Part shown: positions 1 through 11,183 of the stretch, piece after piece
Layout: each line of letters begins with the position of its first letter
Position numbering within the stretch: position 1 is the first letter of the stretch
Assembly (NCBI RefSeq): GCF_003018235.1
Contig: NZ_CP027437.1
DNA: 64,000 nucleotides
DNA from: Escherichia coli
Lineage (GTDB): Bacteria > Pseudomonadota > Gammaproteobacteria > Enterobacterales > Enterobacteriaceae
Strand: one strand, 5' to 3'
Position numbers and translations under genes: made by a program
Notes under the pieces: model-generated
Databases searched by the model: none
Told to the model about the DNA's origin: nothing
What the model saw: only the letters and a program-made list of their open reading frames with translations

Positions 1-199
1 AACTGACAACAAGGGGAAAACGCACGACGTGCTGACCGGAAGTGATGACGGTCGCCACAGCAACACGTCTCTGGCGTGGGGAGCTGGCGTGCAGTTTAAC
101 CCGACCGAATCCGTGGCCATTGATATTGCTTATGAAGGCTCCGGCAGTGGCGACTGGCGCACTGACGGTTTCATCGTGGGTGTCGGTTATAAATTCTGA
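1..199 (+). CDS. lom: Outer membrane protein Lom (Ail/Lom family), 3' end only
   Basis: Frame ending ...VGVGYKF then TGA at 197-199, a typical Ail/Lom C-terminal beta strand; located immediately upstream of stf as in lambda. Confidence 0.7.
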   Translation, partial: TDNKGKTHDVLTGSDDGRHSNTSLAWGAGVQFNPTESVAIDIAYEGSGSGDWRTDGFIVGVGYKF

Positions 200-225
200 T
201 TAGCCAGGTAACACAGTGTTATGAC

Positions 226-252
226 AGCCCGCCGGTTCAGGCGGGCTTTTTT
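226..252 (+). terminator. Rho-independent terminator after lom
   Basis: Stem AGCCCGCC / GGCGGGCT with a 6-nt loop, followed by a T-tract (247-252). Confidence 0.7.
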
Positions 253-263
253 GTGGGGTGAAT

Positions 264-3200
264 ATGGCAGTAAAGATTTCAGGTGTACTGAAAGACGGCA
301 CAGGAAAACCGGTACAGAACTGCACAATCCAGCTGAAAGCAAAACGTAACAGCACCACGGTGGTGGTGAACACGCTGGCCTCAGAAAATCCGGATGAAGC
401 CGGGCGTTACAGTATGGACGTTGAGTATGGTCAGTACAGCGTTATTCTGTTGGTGGAGGGATTCCCGCCGTCACATGCCGGGACTATCACCGTGTATGAA
501 GATTCTCAACCCGGTACGCTGAATGATTTTCTCGGTGCCATGACGGAGGATGATGCCCGTCCGGAGGCACTGCGCCGTTTTGAAGTGATGGTGGAAGAGG
601 TGGCGCGTAACGCGTCCGCAGTGGCACAGAACACGGCAGCCGCGAAGAAGTCAGCCGGCGATGCCAGCACATCAGCCCGTGAGGCGGCAACCCATGCGAC
701 TGATGCTGCAGACTCAGCACGCGCAGCCAGCACGTCAGCCGGACAGGCCGTGTCGTCGGCTCAGTCAGCGTCTTCCAGCGCAGGAACTGCATCAGCAAAG
801 GCCACTGAAGCATCAAAAAGTGCTGCCGCTGCAGAGTCCTCAAAAAGCGCGGCGGCCACCAGTGCCGGTGCGGCAAAAACGTCAGAAACGAATGCTTCAG
901 CGTCACAACAATCAGCAGCCACTTCTGCATCCACCGCGACCACGAAAGCGTCAGAAGCTGCCACCTCAGCCCGGGATGCGGCGGCCTCAAAAGAGGCAGC
1001 GAAATCATCAGAAACGAACGCATCCTCGAGCGCCAGTAGTTCCGCTTCCTCGGCAACGGCGGCAGGAAATTCCGCGAAGGCGGCAAAAACGTCCGAGACG
1101 AACGCCAGGTCTTCTGAGACGGCAGCGGGACAGAGCGCCTCAGCTGCGGCAGGCTCAAAAACAGCGGCTGCATCATCTGCCAGTGCCGCGTCAACAAGTG
1201 CCGGGCAGGCCTCAGCCAGTGCCACTGCCGCCGGAAAATTGGCAGAAAGCGCTGCATTGTCCGCTTCAACAGCCACAACGAAGGCTGGCGAAGCCGCTGA
1301 ACAGGCCAGCGCAGCAGCGAGGTCTGCATCCGCAGCGAAGACATCCGAAACGAACGCGAAAGCGTCGGAAACCAGTGCAGAATCCTCAAAAACGGCAGCT
1401 GCATCGTCCGCCAGTTCGGCGGCGTCATCGGCATCATCTGCGTCTGCTTCAAAAGATGAGGCGACCAGACAGGCATCAGCAGCGAAAGGCAGCGCCACGA
1501 CGGCATCCACGAAGGCGACAGAGGCTGCTGGCAGTGCGACGGCGGCAGCACAGAGCAAGAATACGGCAGAATCCGCAGCAACGCGCGCCGAGACAGCAGC
1601 TAAACGGGCAGAGGATATTGCATCCGCCGTGGCGCTTGAGGATGCAAGTACGACGAAAAAGGGGATAGTACAGCTCAGCAGTGCGACCAACAGTTCGTCT
1701 GAAACGCTGGCGGCAACGCCAAAGGCAGTAAAATCAGCCTATGACAATGCAGAGAAACGTCTGCAGAAAGACCAGAACGGCGCTGATATACCCGATAAGG
1801 GACGCTTCCTGAACAACATTAACGCGGTCAGTAAAACAGACTTTGCTGATAAGCGTGGTATGCGTTATGTGCGGGTTAACGCTCCTGCAGGTGCAATATC
1901 TGGAAAATATTACCCTGTTGTTGTTATGCGTTCTGCTGGCTCAGTAAGCGAACTGGCATCAAGGGTCATTATCACCACGGCAACGCGAACCGCAGGCGAT
2001 CCGATGAATAACTGCGAGTTTAACGGATTTGTTATGCCTGGTGGCTGGACTGACAGGGGGCGTTATGCTTATGGAATGTTCTGGCAATATCAAAACAATG
2101 AACGAGCCATCCACTCAATAATGATGAGTAATAAGGGCGATGATTTGCGCTCTGTGTTCTATGTTGATGGCGCTGCTTTCCCTGTTTTTGCGTTTATCGA
2201 AGATGGCCTGTCAATATCCGCACCTGGTGCTGATCTCGTTGTTAATGATACGACCTATAAGTTTGGGGCAACAAATCCGGCGACTGAATGTATCGCGGCG
2301 GACGTTATCCTTGATTTTAAGAGTGGGCGTGGTTTTTATGAGTCTCATTCGTTAATTGTTAACGATAACTTGTCGTGCAAAAAACTTTTTGCCACAGACG
2401 AAATTGTAGCGCGTGGTGGTAATCAGATTCGAATGATAGGTGGGGAGTATGGTGCATTATGGCGTAATGATGGCGCTAAAACTTACCTGCTGCTTACCAA
2501 TCGAGGTGATGTTTATGGTGGCTGGAATACATTAAGACCGTTTGCTATTGATAACGCAACCGGCGAACTGGTTATTGGAACCAAACTGTCCGCAAGTCTG
2601 AACGGTAATGCATTAACAGCAACAAAGCTGCAAACGCCAAGACTGGTTTCTGGTGTTGAGTTTGATGGTTCCAAAGATATTACTTTAACCGCCGCGCATG
2701 TGGCTGCTTTTGCCAGAAGGGCAACGGATACATATGCCGATGCGGATGGTGGCGTTCCCTGGAATGCCGAATCAGGCGCTTACAATGTCACCCGCTCTGG
2801 CGACAGCTATATTCTGGTTAACTTCTATACCGGAGTCGGAAGTTGCCGGACCCTGCAGATGAAGGCGCATTACAGAAATGGTGGTCTGTTCTACCGTTCT
2901 TCAAGAGATGGCTATGGTTTTGAGGAAGACTGGGCAGAAGTTTATACCTCGAAAAATCTTCCACCAGAAAGCTACCCAGTCGGCGCACCAATCCCGTGGC
3001 CATCAGATACCGTTCCGTCTGGTTATGCCCTGATGCAGGGGCAGACTTTTGACAAATCTGCCTACCCGAAACTTGCAGCCGCTTATCCGTCAGGCGTGAT
3101 CCCTGATATGCGTGGCTGGACGATTAAGGGCAAGCCCGCCAGTGGTCGTGCCGTATTGTCTCAGGAACAGGATGGCATTAAATCGCATACCCACAGCGCC

Positions 3201-3677
3201 AGCGCATCCAGTACGGATTTGGGGACGAAAACCACATCGTCGTTTGATTACGGCACTAAATCCACGAATAACACCGGGGCGCATACGCACAGTCTGAGTG
3301 GCTCTACGGGGTCTGCCGGTGCTCATACTCATGGTAATGGTATTCGTTGGCCAGGAGGCGGCGGTTCTGCGTTAGCATTTTATGATGGCGGTGGGTTCAC
3401 TTATGTCCAGGATTCACAGTATCAAGTAAGCCCGGGGACTTCTTCCAGTAGATCGTATTATCAACGTATTCAGACACAGTCAGCAGGTGCTCATACCCAC
3501 TCGCTGTCTGGTACTGCAGCAAATGCTGGCGCACATGCACATACTGTAGGTATTGGTGCGCATACGCACTCGGTTGCGATTGGGTCACATGGACACACCA
3601 TCACCGTTAACGCTGCTGGTAACGCGGAAAACACCGTCAAAAACATCGCATTTAACTATATTGTGAGGCTCGCATAA
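264..3677 (+). CDS. stf: Side tail fibre protein, lambda Stf-like mosaic (about 1137 aa from the ATG at 264)
   Basis: N-terminus [26 protein letters not shown]... and C-terminus ...[31 protein letters not shown] match my recollection of lambda Stf; a long Ala/Ser/Thr-rich low-complexity segment and a central block resembling Rac StfR. The ORF track starts at GTG 258; ATG 264 is preferred. Confidence 0.9.
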   Translation: MAVKISGVLKDGTGKPVQNCTIQLKAKRNSTTVVVNTLASENPDEAGRYSMDVEYGQYSVILLVEGFPPSHAGTITVYEDSQPGTLNDFLGAMTEDDARPEALRRFEVMVEEVARNASAVAQNTAAAKKSAGDASTSAREAATHATDAADSARAASTSAGQAVSSAQSASSSAGTASAKATEASKSAAAAESSKSAAATSAGAAKTSETNASASQQSAATSASTATTKASEAATSARDAAASKEAAKSSETNASSSASSSASSATAAGNSAKAAKTSETNARSSETAAGQSASAAAGSKTAAASSASAASTSAGQASASATAAGKLAESAALSASTATTKAGEAAEQASAAARSASAAKTSETNAKASETSAESSKTAAASSASSAASSASSASASKDEATRQASAAKGSATTASTKATEAAGSATAAAQSKNTAESAATRAETAAKRAEDIASAVALEDASTTKKGIVQLSSATNSSSETLAATPKAVKSAYDNAEKRLQKDQNGADIPDKGRFLNNINAVSKTDFADKRGMRYVRVNAPAGAISGKYYPVVVMRSAGSVSELASRVIITTATRTAGDPMNNCEFNGFVMPGGWTDRGRYAYGMFWQYQNNERAIHSIMMSNKGDDLRSVFYVDGAAFPVFAFIEDGLSISAPGADLVVNDTTYKFGATNPATECIAADVILDFKSGRGFYESHSLIVNDNLSCKKLFATDEIVARGGNQIRMIGGEYGALWRNDGAKTYLLLTNRGDVYGGWNTLRPFAIDNATGELVIGTKLSASLNGNALTATKLQTPRLVSGVEFDGSKDITLTAAHVAAFARRATDTYADADGGVPWNAESGAYNVTRSGDSYILVNFYTGVGSCRTLQMKAHYRNGGLFYRSSRDGYGFEEDWAEVYTSKNLPPESYPVGAPIPWPSDTVPSGYALMQGQTFDKSAYPKLAAAYPSGVIPDMRGWTIKGKPASGRAVLSQEQDGIKSHTHSASASSTDLGTKTTSSFDYGTKSTNNTGAHTHSLSGSTGSAGAHTHGNGIRWPGGGGSALAFYDGGGFTYVQDSQYQVSPGTSSSRSYYQRIQTQSAGAHTHSLSGTAANAGAHAHTVGIGAHTHSVAIGSHGHTITVNAAGNAENTVKNIAFNYIVRLA

Positions 3678-4252
3678 TGGCATTCAGAATGAGTGAACAA
3701 GCACGGACCATAAAAATTTATAACCTGCTGGCCGGAACTAATGAATTTATTGGTGAAGGTGACGCATATATTCCTCCTCATACAGGTCTGCCTGCAAACA
3801 GTACCGATATTGCACCGCCAGATATTCCGGCTGGCTTTGTGGCTGTTTTCAACAGTGATGAGGCATCGTGGCATCTCGTTGAAGACCATCGGGGAAAAAC
3901 GGTCTATGACGTGGCTTCCGGCGACGCGTTATTTATTTCTGAACTCGGCTCATTACCGGAAAATGTCACCTGGTTATCCCCGGAAGGGGAGTTTCAGAAG
4001 TGGAACGGTACAGCCTGGGTGAAGGATACGGAAGCAGAAAAACTGTTCCGGATCCGGGAGGCGGAAGAAACAAAAAACAGCCTGATGCAGGTAGCCAGTG
4101 AGCATATAGCGCCGCTTCAGGATGCTGTGGATCTGGAGATCGCAACGGAGGAAGAAACCTTGTTGCTGGAAGCCTGGAAAAAGTATCGGGTGTTGCTGAA
4201 CCGTGTTGATACATCAACTGCACCGGATATTGAATGGCCAGCCCTACCGTAG
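3677..4252 (+). CDS. tfa: Tail fibre assembly protein Tfa
   Basis: 191 aa, [24 protein letters not shown]..., lambda Tfa-like; the start overlaps the stf stop (TAATG). Confidence 0.9.
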   Translation: MAFRMSEQARTIKIYNLLAGTNEFIGEGDAYIPPHTGLPANSTDIAPPDIPAGFVAVFNSDEASWHLVEDHRGKTVYDVASGDALFISELGSLPENVTWLSPEGEFQKWNGTAWVKDTEAEKLFRIREAEETKNSLMQVASEHIAPLQDAVDLEIATEEETLLLEAWKKYRVLLNRVDTSTAPDIEWPALP

Positions 4253-4349
4253 GGTAAGATATATAAATTCTATAATTAGAAGTATCTTTCCATTTAAGGC
4301 TAGGAAGGGGGGCTTGGAAAACGTAAGGAATCTCACACCGAGATTATTT

Positions 4350-4940
4350 TTATATATCAGGTGTCTGATTTTTTGCTTTAGCTCTTAAAATGGTTTGCCG
4401 CGAGGTTTTGAATTCTTGGGCAATGTCACTTATATTTATACCTGACTTAATTTGCTCTAGTACCCTCTGTATTTGTTCATCATTTAACACAGGTGGGCGA
4501 CCAAATCGCTTTCCTGCGCCCCGTGCTCTTAATATCCCTGAATGAGTACGCTCAAGTAAAAGGTCTCGCTCAAATTCAGCGACTGCTGAAATTACTTGCA
4601 TCATCATTTTTCCAGGTGGACTGGTCAGGTCAACGCCCCCCAATGCTAAGCAATGCACTTTGATACCTGCTTTGGTCAGTTGTTCCACCGTTTTACTGAT
4701 ATCCATTGGATTACAACCGAGGCGATCCAGTTTTGTGACAATCAATGCATCACCTCTTTTCAGTCGATCAAGCAACTGGTTAAAACCAGGACGCTCACTG
4801 GTTGCTGCTGAGCCGCTAATTTGTTCTTCAATTATTTGCTGAGATTTGATGTTAAAACCTGCACTTTCGATTTCCCGACGTTGATTTTTGGTTGTCTGTT
4901 CCAGAGTTGATACCCGACAGTAAGCATAAATTCGAGACAT
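4350..4940 (-). CDS. pin: Serine recombinase, Pin-type DNA invertase
   Basis: 196 aa, [15 protein letters not shown]... with a resolvase/invertase N-terminal catalytic domain and C-terminal HTH; same size and context as K-12 pinQ/pinR. Confidence 0.9.
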   Translation of the reverse strand: MSRIYAYCRVSTLEQTTKNQRREIESAGFNIKSQQIIEEQISGSAATSERPGFNQLLDRLKRGDALIVTKLDRLGCNPMDISKTVEQLTKAGIKVHCLALGGVDLTSPPGKMMMQVISAVAEFERDLLLERTHSGILRARGAGKRFGRPPVLNDEQIQRVLEQIKSGINISDIAQEFKTSRQTILRAKAKNQTPDI

Positions 4941-5258
4941 AGTGAGATCTTCTATACGAAATTGGTGTACATATCATAATGCATCTCAGAAAATAATTTT
5001 GATTATTTTTGTACATATTTGTATGTACACGTTCGAAAATAAACGAATGCGTATGCAACCCCGTAATTTTGGTGAGACCCAAAATCGATTTTGTGAAAAA
5101 TGGCCTTAACTCGGTTTGTTTTTCGAGTTCCGGGGGGACTCAAGGAAGAAGAATAGTGTTGCGTGTTATTTTAACCAGATTTCAAGTTGTTTGGTCGTGA
5201 AAAAGTGGAGCAAAATGTTGTTAAAGTGGAAAAATGATAAAAAAGTAAGTTTATTATA

Positions 5259-5492
5259 TTACATTTTACCATTTAAATTTTTGTTGTCTTTAAGAACTGA
5301 TATCGCTGTTTGTAATAATTCTTTGTTATCCAGCCATGACTTTTTCTTTATGTTTCCTTCAATGTAATCAAGCAATGTTCTGGTATTGATAGGTCTTCCC
5401 TGTTTTGCTACTTCCACTACAGCATCCCCTAGGATAATTCTTACTTCAGGAAGCTGCGCAGGGAACCACTTTAGGGTGTCTTTTGATTTCAT
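5259..5492 (-). CDS. ydfK: Small prophage protein YdfK/YnaE family (cold-shock-induced in K-12)
   Basis: 77-aa product MKSKDTLKWFPAQLPEVRIILGD... from the internal ATG, which has an AAGGA RBS 9 nt upstream; the 88-aa ORF from 5525 is the less likely start. Confidence 0.8.
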   Translation of the reverse strand: MKSKDTLKWFPAQLPEVRIILGDAVVEVAKQGRPINTRTLLDYIEGNIKKKSWLDNKELLQTAISVLKDNKNLNGKM

Positions 5493-6277
5493 GAAGATAT
5501 TCCTTAAAATATTATTGATTTTCATTGCGATATTGTATGTCTGATTCAGGATATGTTGACTTATACATCGGTTTTGTCTGGGTTATTGGATATGCCAATC
5601 CCTAATTTTATTAGAGCATGACTAAAAATGCTGAATATGATAAGGAGCGAAGTGATTATCAGTATGCTGTTCATATAGCCTCGAATTAGTAATGTGTTAT
5701 ATATGATATAGTTGACAATTTTTATCCTGGGTGTTCTTAAAGTTCGTAGATAAACATTGTCGTTTCAGGTATACAGGAATGCTAACAGGTGGCGGCAAAA
5801 ATCAGGCGGTTTATGGCGCAAGCTGAAGTGGCAACTGCAAACTATCTTATGCAGAGACTCTACACGGATTGGGTTTAAAAGTATACATAGATAACAGTTT
5901 TTATCTGAAGAAGAAAAATATCAAGGTGATATAGCCTATATGCCTTTGATGCGGAGGAATGAATGTGATGGGAGTGATGTATCTGAATAGTTGAAAAACC
6001 GCAGACACGCCTTATGCAAGAACGTGCTGCGGTTGGCTGGTAAATTTTTCGATAGTGCGAGTATTGAATGATTTCCAGCCGTTATTGATTTTACGCGTAA
6101 ATCCATGAAAAAACTACTTATCTGTTGGGGAGTTTTTTTGGGGCATATATGGGACAGAAATAGGCCCCAGATAGACACTGAGATCGAACTTAGGATGCTT
6201 TTTAAAAAATGCAACTATCTGAAAAAACCTAGAAAACGCCAAGGAAACCACAGGATGGGAAAAAACACCTGTGAATT

Positions 6278-7561
6278 ATGGATTTCCAGTTATATTCGCT
6301 CGGCGCAGCGTTAGTGTTTCATGAAATATTTTTTCCTGAATCATCAACGGCAATGGCGTTAATTCTGGCAATGGGAACCTACAGTGCAGGTTATGTGGCG
6401 CGTATTGTCGGAGCATTTATTTTCGGCAAAATGGGCGACAGAATCGGGCGTAAAAAAGTGCTCTTTATTACCATCACTATGATGGGGATCTGTACCACCT
6501 TAATTGGTGTGCTGCCGACCTATGCACAAATTGGTGTGTTTGCGCCAATTTTGCTGGTGACGCTGCGTATTATTCAGGGGCTGGGGGCAGGCGCGGAAAT
6601 TTCCGGTGCCGGCACGATGCTGGCGGAATATGCACCAAAAGGTAAGCGCGGAATTATCTCCTCATTTGTGGCTATGGGAACTAACTGCGGAACCTTGAGC
6701 GCAACGGCAATCTGGGCCTTTATGTTCTTCATTCTCAGTAAAGAGGAACTGCTGGCGTGGGGATGGCGTATACCGTTCCTGGCGAGCGTTGTCGTGATGG
6801 TCTTTGCTATCTGGTTGCGTATGAATCTGAAAGAAAGCCCGGTCTTTGAGAAGGTTAACGACAGCAACCAACCGACAGCAAAACCTGCACCTGCTGGTAG
6901 CATGTTCCAGAGCAAATCCTTCTGGCTGGCAACAGGGCTGCGTTTTGGTCAGGCTGGTAACTCCGGTTTAATTCAGACTTTCCTTGCAGGCTATTTAGTA
7001 CAGACGTTATTGTTTAACAAAGCAATTCCAACAGATGCATTGATGATCAGTTCGATTCTCGGCTTTATGACCATTCCGTTCCTTGGTTGGTTATCCGATA
7101 AAATTGGTCGCCGGATCCCGTATATTATTATGAATACCTCCGCGATTGTGCTGGCATGGCCAATGCTTTCTATCATCGTAGATAAAAGCTATGCCCCGAG
7201 CACCATTATGGTGGCACTGATTGTGATTCATAACTGTGCGGTGCTGGGATTATTTGCTCTGGAAAACATTACCATGGCAGAAATGTTCGGCTGTAAAAAC
7301 CGCTTTACCCGGATGGCCATTTCTAAAGAAATTGGTGGTCTTATCGCTTCCGGTTTTGGTCCTATCCTGGCGGGTATTTTCTGCACCATGACGGAGTCCT
7401 GGTATCCGATCGCCATTATGATCATGGCATATTCAGTGATTGGTTTAATCTCTGCGCTGAAAATGCCAGAAGTGAAAGACCGTGATTTAAGTGCGCTGGA
7501 AGACGCTGCGGAAGATCAACCGCGTGTTGTCAGAGCTGCGCAACCTTCCAGAAGTCTTTAA
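6278..7561 (+). pseudogene. ydfJ: MFS metabolite:H+ symporter YdfJ, 5'-truncated at the prophage junction (may still be expressed from the internal ATG)
   Basis: 427-aa ORF beginning MDFQLYSLGAALVFHEIFFP..., which by comparison with KgtP/ProP-type transporters is missing roughly 25-30 N-terminal residues; an in-frame stop lies at 6272-6274. Confidence 0.75.
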
Positions 7562-7649
7562 ATCCTCAATCCCTTCTCTTACCGGAGAGGGGATTTTTAT
7601 TCATATAACAAAACATGTAGCTTGCCATATTTAAATTTAAGGAATTGTT

Positions 7650-9110
7650 ATGGGAAATAATTTGTTATCAGCAAAAGCGACGCTCCCTGTTTATGATCGT
7701 AATAACCTGGCCCCAAGAATTGTTCATTTAGGCTTTGGCGCATTTCACCGTGCGCATCAGGGCGTGTATGCCGATATTCTTGCTACAAAACATTTCAGTG
7801 ATTGGGGATATTATGAGGTCAACTTAATCGGCGGCGAACAGCAAATTGCCGATTTACAACAGCAAGATAATCTTTATACCGTTGCGGAAATGTCGGCCGA
7901 TGCGTGGACGGCTCGCGTCGTTGGCGTCGTTAAAAAAGCCTTGCACGTACAGATTGATGGCTTAGAAACCGTGTTGGCTGCGATGTGTGAACCGCAAATC
8001 GCGATTGTCTCTCTGACAATCACCGAAAAAGGGTATTTCCACTCTCCGGCGACCGGACAGTTAATGCTCGATCACCCGATGGTCGTTGCCGACGTACAAA
8101 ATCCCCACCAGCCGAAAACTGCAACAGGGGTGATTGTCGAGGCGCTGGCTCGCCGTAAAGCGGCAGGACTTCCCGCATTTACCGTCATGTCATGTGACAA
8201 CATGCCAGAAAACGGTCATGTTATGCGTGACGTTGTCACTTCCTACGCGCAAGCTGTTGATGTAAAACTGGCACAATGGATCGAAGAAAACGTGACTTTC
8301 CCATCAACAATGGTGGACCGTATTGTGCCCGCAGTGACAGAGGATACGCTGGCGAAAATCGAACAACTTACCGCTGTGCGCGATCCTGCTGGCGTTGCAT
8401 GTGAACCTTTCCGCCAGTGGGTAATAGAAGATAACTTTGTTGCCGGACGTCCGGAATGGGAAAAAGCGGGAGCCGAACTGGTTAGTGATGTGCTGCCTTA
8501 TGAAGAGATGAAGTTGCGCATGCTCAACGGCAGTCATTCATTCCTGGCGTATCTGGGTTATCTTGCCGGATATCAGCACATTAATGACTGCATGGAAGAT
8601 GAACATTATCGTCATGCAGCGTATGCCTTGATGTTGCAGGAACAAGCGCCGACGTTGAAAGTGCAGGGCGTTGATTTGCAAGATTACGCTAATCGATTAA
8701 TTGAACGCTATAGCAACCCGGCGCTACGTCATCGAACCTGGCAGATTGCGATGGATGGCAGCCAGAAATTGCCACAGCGGATGTTGGATTCTGTTCGCTG
8801 GCATCTGGCGCATGACAGCAAGTTCGATCTGCTGGCGCTGGGCGTCGCAGGTTGGATGCGTTATGTCGGTGGTGTTGATGAACAGGGAAATCCGATAGAA
8901 ATCAGTGACCCACTGTTACCTGTTATTCAGAAGGCTGTACAAAGTAGTGCCGAAGGGAAAGCGCGCGTCCAGTCATTGCTGGCGATTAAGGCGATCTTTG
9001 GTGATGATTTGCCAGACAATAGCTTGTTTACTGCAAAAGTGACGGAAGCGTACTTGTCTTTATTAGCGCATGGTGCGAAAGCGACCGTGGCGAAATATTC
9101 CGTGAAGTAA
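7650..9110 (+). CDS. ydfI: Mannitol-dehydrogenase-family oxidoreductase (D-mannonate oxidoreductase-like)
   Basis: 486 aa with an N-terminal Rossmann motif ([13 protein letters not shown]); synteny with ydfJ. Confidence 0.9.
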   Translation: MGNNLLSAKATLPVYDRNNLAPRIVHLGFGAFHRAHQGVYADILATKHFSDWGYYEVNLIGGEQQIADLQQQDNLYTVAEMSADAWTARVVGVVKKALHVQIDGLETVLAAMCEPQIAIVSLTITEKGYFHSPATGQLMLDHPMVVADVQNPHQPKTATGVIVEALARRKAAGLPAFTVMSCDNMPENGHVMRDVVTSYAQAVDVKLAQWIEENVTFPSTMVDRIVPAVTEDTLAKIEQLTAVRDPAGVACEPFRQWVIEDNFVAGRPEWEKAGAELVSDVLPYEEMKLRMLNGSHSFLAYLGYLAGYQHINDCMEDEHYRHAAYALMLQEQAPTLKVQGVDLQDYANRLIERYSNPALRHRTWQIAMDGSQKLPQRMLDSVRWHLAHDSKFDLLALGVAGWMRYVGGVDEQGNPIEISDPLLPVIQKAVQSSAEGKARVQSLLAIKAIFGDDLPDNSLFTAKVTEAYLSLLAHGAKATVAKYSVK

Positions 9111-9138
9111 AAAAAGCAATGCCGCCATCGGCGGCATT
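9111..9138. terminator. Terminator hairpin between convergent ydfI and ydfZ
   Basis: AATGCCGCC / GGCGGCATT stem, preceded on the plus strand by AAAAA (a U-tract for the minus-strand ydfZ transcript). Confidence 0.6.
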
Positions 9139-9145
9139 CACACGC

Positions 9146-9349
9146 TTAGTTCATGCCGAGACGAATCAGGTCCAGAGGTGCCAGTTTCTCTTCACAACCT
9201 TCAACAACTACGGTTTTTCCGCGGCGGATTTGCTCAGCGGTCAGACCTTCAGTATCAATCGACAGGATCTTGCCAGTGTGACCGGTGCCGCTAACCATAA
9301 CACGGCTGCCAGTGGTGATTGCGTTACGGTTACGATCGTAGGTCGTCAT
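9146..9349 (-). CDS. ydfZ: YdfZ small protein (selenium-binding in K-12)
   Basis: 67 aa, [30 protein letters not shown]... Confidence 0.9.
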
Positions 9350-9430
9350 AGGTGTTTTCTCCTTTCTGATTTACAGTCGAAGCCCACGTAACGGGCGCAA
9401 TATAAATACTCCTGTCGAGTGAAATATTTT

Positions 9431-9444
9431 TTGTTTTTGATCAA
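9431..9444. promoter_or_regulatory. FNR-like site (TTGTT-N4-ATCAA) upstream of ydfZ
   Basis: Near-consensus FNR half-sites about 85 bp upstream of the ydfZ start; ydfZ is anaerobically induced in K-12. Confidence 0.4.
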
Positions 9445-9525
9445 GCTCACATCTTTTTTGATGCATGCATGAGCCATAAGGCGGGGGGAAAGACTCTCAC
9501 CCCGGATGGGATGAGAGGAAATGAA

Positions 9526-10212
9526 TTACTCTTCGCTAAACCAGTCGCTGTTTTCCTGACGGATCTGGCGCACGGATTCGCTGATTTCCTGCAAATGTTG
9601 CGTCATTGCACGTTCTACCGCATCGCCATCACGTTTTTGCAGGGCAGAGAAAATCTCAAGATGCTGGCGTAACAGCATTTCTGGTGGAGAAACGTGGTCG
9701 AAACTCATATAGCGCACGCGATCAACGGTCGCTTTCAGGTTCTCAATGGTATCCCACGCCAGTTGACAGTCGGCAATCTGGGTCAGGAGTTGATGGAAGT
9801 TGTCATCAAGTTCAAAAAAATCATCCAGTTGCTTGCGCTCAATGGCAATGCGTTGCTGGTGAAGATTTTGTTCCAGTTGGTAGCACTGGCTTTCGGTAAT
9901 CATGCTCGCCGCCCGACGCGCCACCGCGCACTCAATGGCCTGACGGATAAAACTGCCGTTGCGCACCTGGGCCATGGAAATTTTGTTGACGTAGCTGCCA
10001 CGCTGCGGACGAATTTGAATCAGGCCGTTTTCCGCCAGTTTAATAAAGGCTTCACGAACCGGCTGGCGTGACACATTGAAACGAACAGAAACTTCTTTTT
10101 CCGACAACGGTGTGCCTGGTGCAATCAGGCAATGGACAATGTCGCGACGAAGAATACGATAAATCTGCTGATTGACAGGCTGTGTGGGATTAAGTTGCGT
10201 TTCGACGGTCAT
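9526..10212 (-). CDS. rspR: GntR/FadR-family transcriptional regulator RspR (YdfH)
   Basis: 228 aa with an N-terminal winged HTH ([21 protein letters not shown]) and a FadR-type C-terminal domain. Confidence 0.9.
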   Translation of the reverse strand: MTVETQLNPTQPVNQQIYRILRRDIVHCLIAPGTPLSEKEVSVRFNVSRQPVREAFIKLAENGLIQIRPQRGSYVNKISMAQVRNGSFIRQAIECAVARRAASMITESQCYQLEQNLHQQRIAIERKQLDDFFELDDNFHQLLTQIADCQLAWDTIENLKATVDRVRYMSFDHVSPPEMLLRQHLEIFSALQKRDGDAVERAMTQHLQEISESVRQIRQENSDWFSEE

Positions 10213-10300
10213 TCGTTCTTGCTTGTGAGTGAGTTAACTGCATGAGTCTACCACTTTTTTGTGACAAGCAATAACCCGGCAGTTACGCCGGGTATAAAAA

Positions 10301-11047
10301 TTACTGACGGTGGACATTCAGTCCGGCATAGCTTTGGGTAACCGGCATCATTTCCAGGGTATTGATATTAACGTGAGCAGGCAGCGTTGACACCCACCAG
10401 ACGGCTTCGCTGACATCTTCTGGCGTCAATGCAACGGTATTTTGATAGGTTTTTTCCGCTTTACCGTCATCGCCTTTAAAGCGGACATTGGAAAACTCGG
10501 TACCACCCACCAGACCCGGTTCGATGTCGGTGACGCGCACCGCCGTACCATGCAGGTCCGTACGCAGATTCAGGCTAAACTGACGAACAAACGCTTTCGT
10601 CGCACCGTAAACGTTACCACCGGCATACGGCCAGCTACCAGCCGTTGAGCCAATGTTAATAATATGACCATGATTACGTTCAACCATACCCGGTAAGACG
10701 GCGCGCGTCATATATACCAGGCCTTTGTTGTTGGTATCAATCATCGTTTCCCAGTCTTCAACGCTGGCTTTATGCGCAGGCTCCATGCCCAACGCCAGAC
10801 CGGCATTATTTACCAGGATATCAATATTGCACCACTCGGCAGGAAGCGATGCCAGCATCTCTTCAATAGCGGCGCGGTTGCGAACGTCCAGTTGGGCGAT
10901 ATACAGATTATCTCCCAGTTCGTCTTTTAACTCCTGCAACCGCTCCTGGCGACGGCCAGTGGCGATAACTTTATGCCCTTGTTGAATAAAACGACGAGTA
11001 ATGCATTCACCAAAACCTGCCGTTGCTCCAGTTACTAAAACGATCAT
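10301..11047 (-). CDS. ydfG: NADP-dependent 3-hydroxy acid (malonic semialdehyde) dehydrogenase, SDR family
   Basis: 248 aa from MIVLVTGATAGFGE...; SDR motifs TGATAGFG and YGATK. Confidence 0.9.
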   Translation of the reverse strand: MIVLVTGATAGFGECITRRFIQQGHKVIATGRRQERLQELKDELGDNLYIAQLDVRNRAAIEEMLASLPAEWCNIDILVNNAGLALGMEPAHKASVEDWETMIDTNNKGLVYMTRAVLPGMVERNHGHIINIGSTAGSWPYAGGNVYGATKAFVRQFSLNLRTDLHGTAVRVTDIEPGLVGGTEFSNVRFKGDDGKAEKTYQNTVALTPEDVSEAVWWVSTLPAHVNINTLEMMPVTQSYAGLNVHRQ

Positions 11048-11183
11048 CTCACTGTTCCTCAACGCTTTTGTGTGTCAATAACATAGCACGTGATGCTTAA
11101 GAGCGGGTAATACTGGTTTGCAAGATTGCACTCCGTTATCAGTAAGCCTACGCTATGGAACACCTCGCGTTCAGGAGAAGAAA

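Larger units (their letters stand above)
1..6277. mobile_element. Right-end portion of a lambdoid (Qin-like) prophage: lom, stf, tfa, pin, ydfK; boundary placed where the truncated ydfJ reading frame begins
   Basis: Lambda-like gene order lom-stf-tfa followed by a serine invertase and ydfK; the adjacent chromosomal gene ydfJ lacks its 5' end. The left boundary lies outside the window and the right boundary is approximate. Confidence 0.6.

Noticed and set aside
487-1690. Three long overlapping ORFs (487-1581 minus, 661-1668 plus, 761-1690 minus) inside stf
   Set aside because: They lie entirely within the GC-rich Ala/Ser/Thr-rich low-complexity segment of the tail fibre gene, their products are low-complexity Pro/Arg/Leu/Ala-rich strings, and the stf frame is the one with recognisable lambda Stf similarity.
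3741-4223. ORFs 3741-4022 (plus) and 3966-4223 (minus) overlapping tfa
   Set aside because: Out-of-frame or antisense overlaps of a well-supported Tfa gene; no RBS and no recognisable product.
4253-4349. Possible invertase crossover (gix/hix-like) site between tfa and pin
   Set aside because: Only weak partial matches by eye (for example TTCC-N11-GGAA); no convincing 26-bp site and no inverted partner could be identified without a computational search.
5009-5367. ORFs 5009-5200 and 5116-5367 (plus) in the pin-ydfK interval
   Set aside because: AT-rich intergenic DNA with no RBS and low-complexity products; 5116-5367 overlaps ydfK antisense.
5936-6314. ORFs 5936-6214 (minus) and 6105-6314 (plus) at the prophage junction
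   Set aside because: No RBS and no recognisable domains; they span the junction region and are probably chance ORFs.
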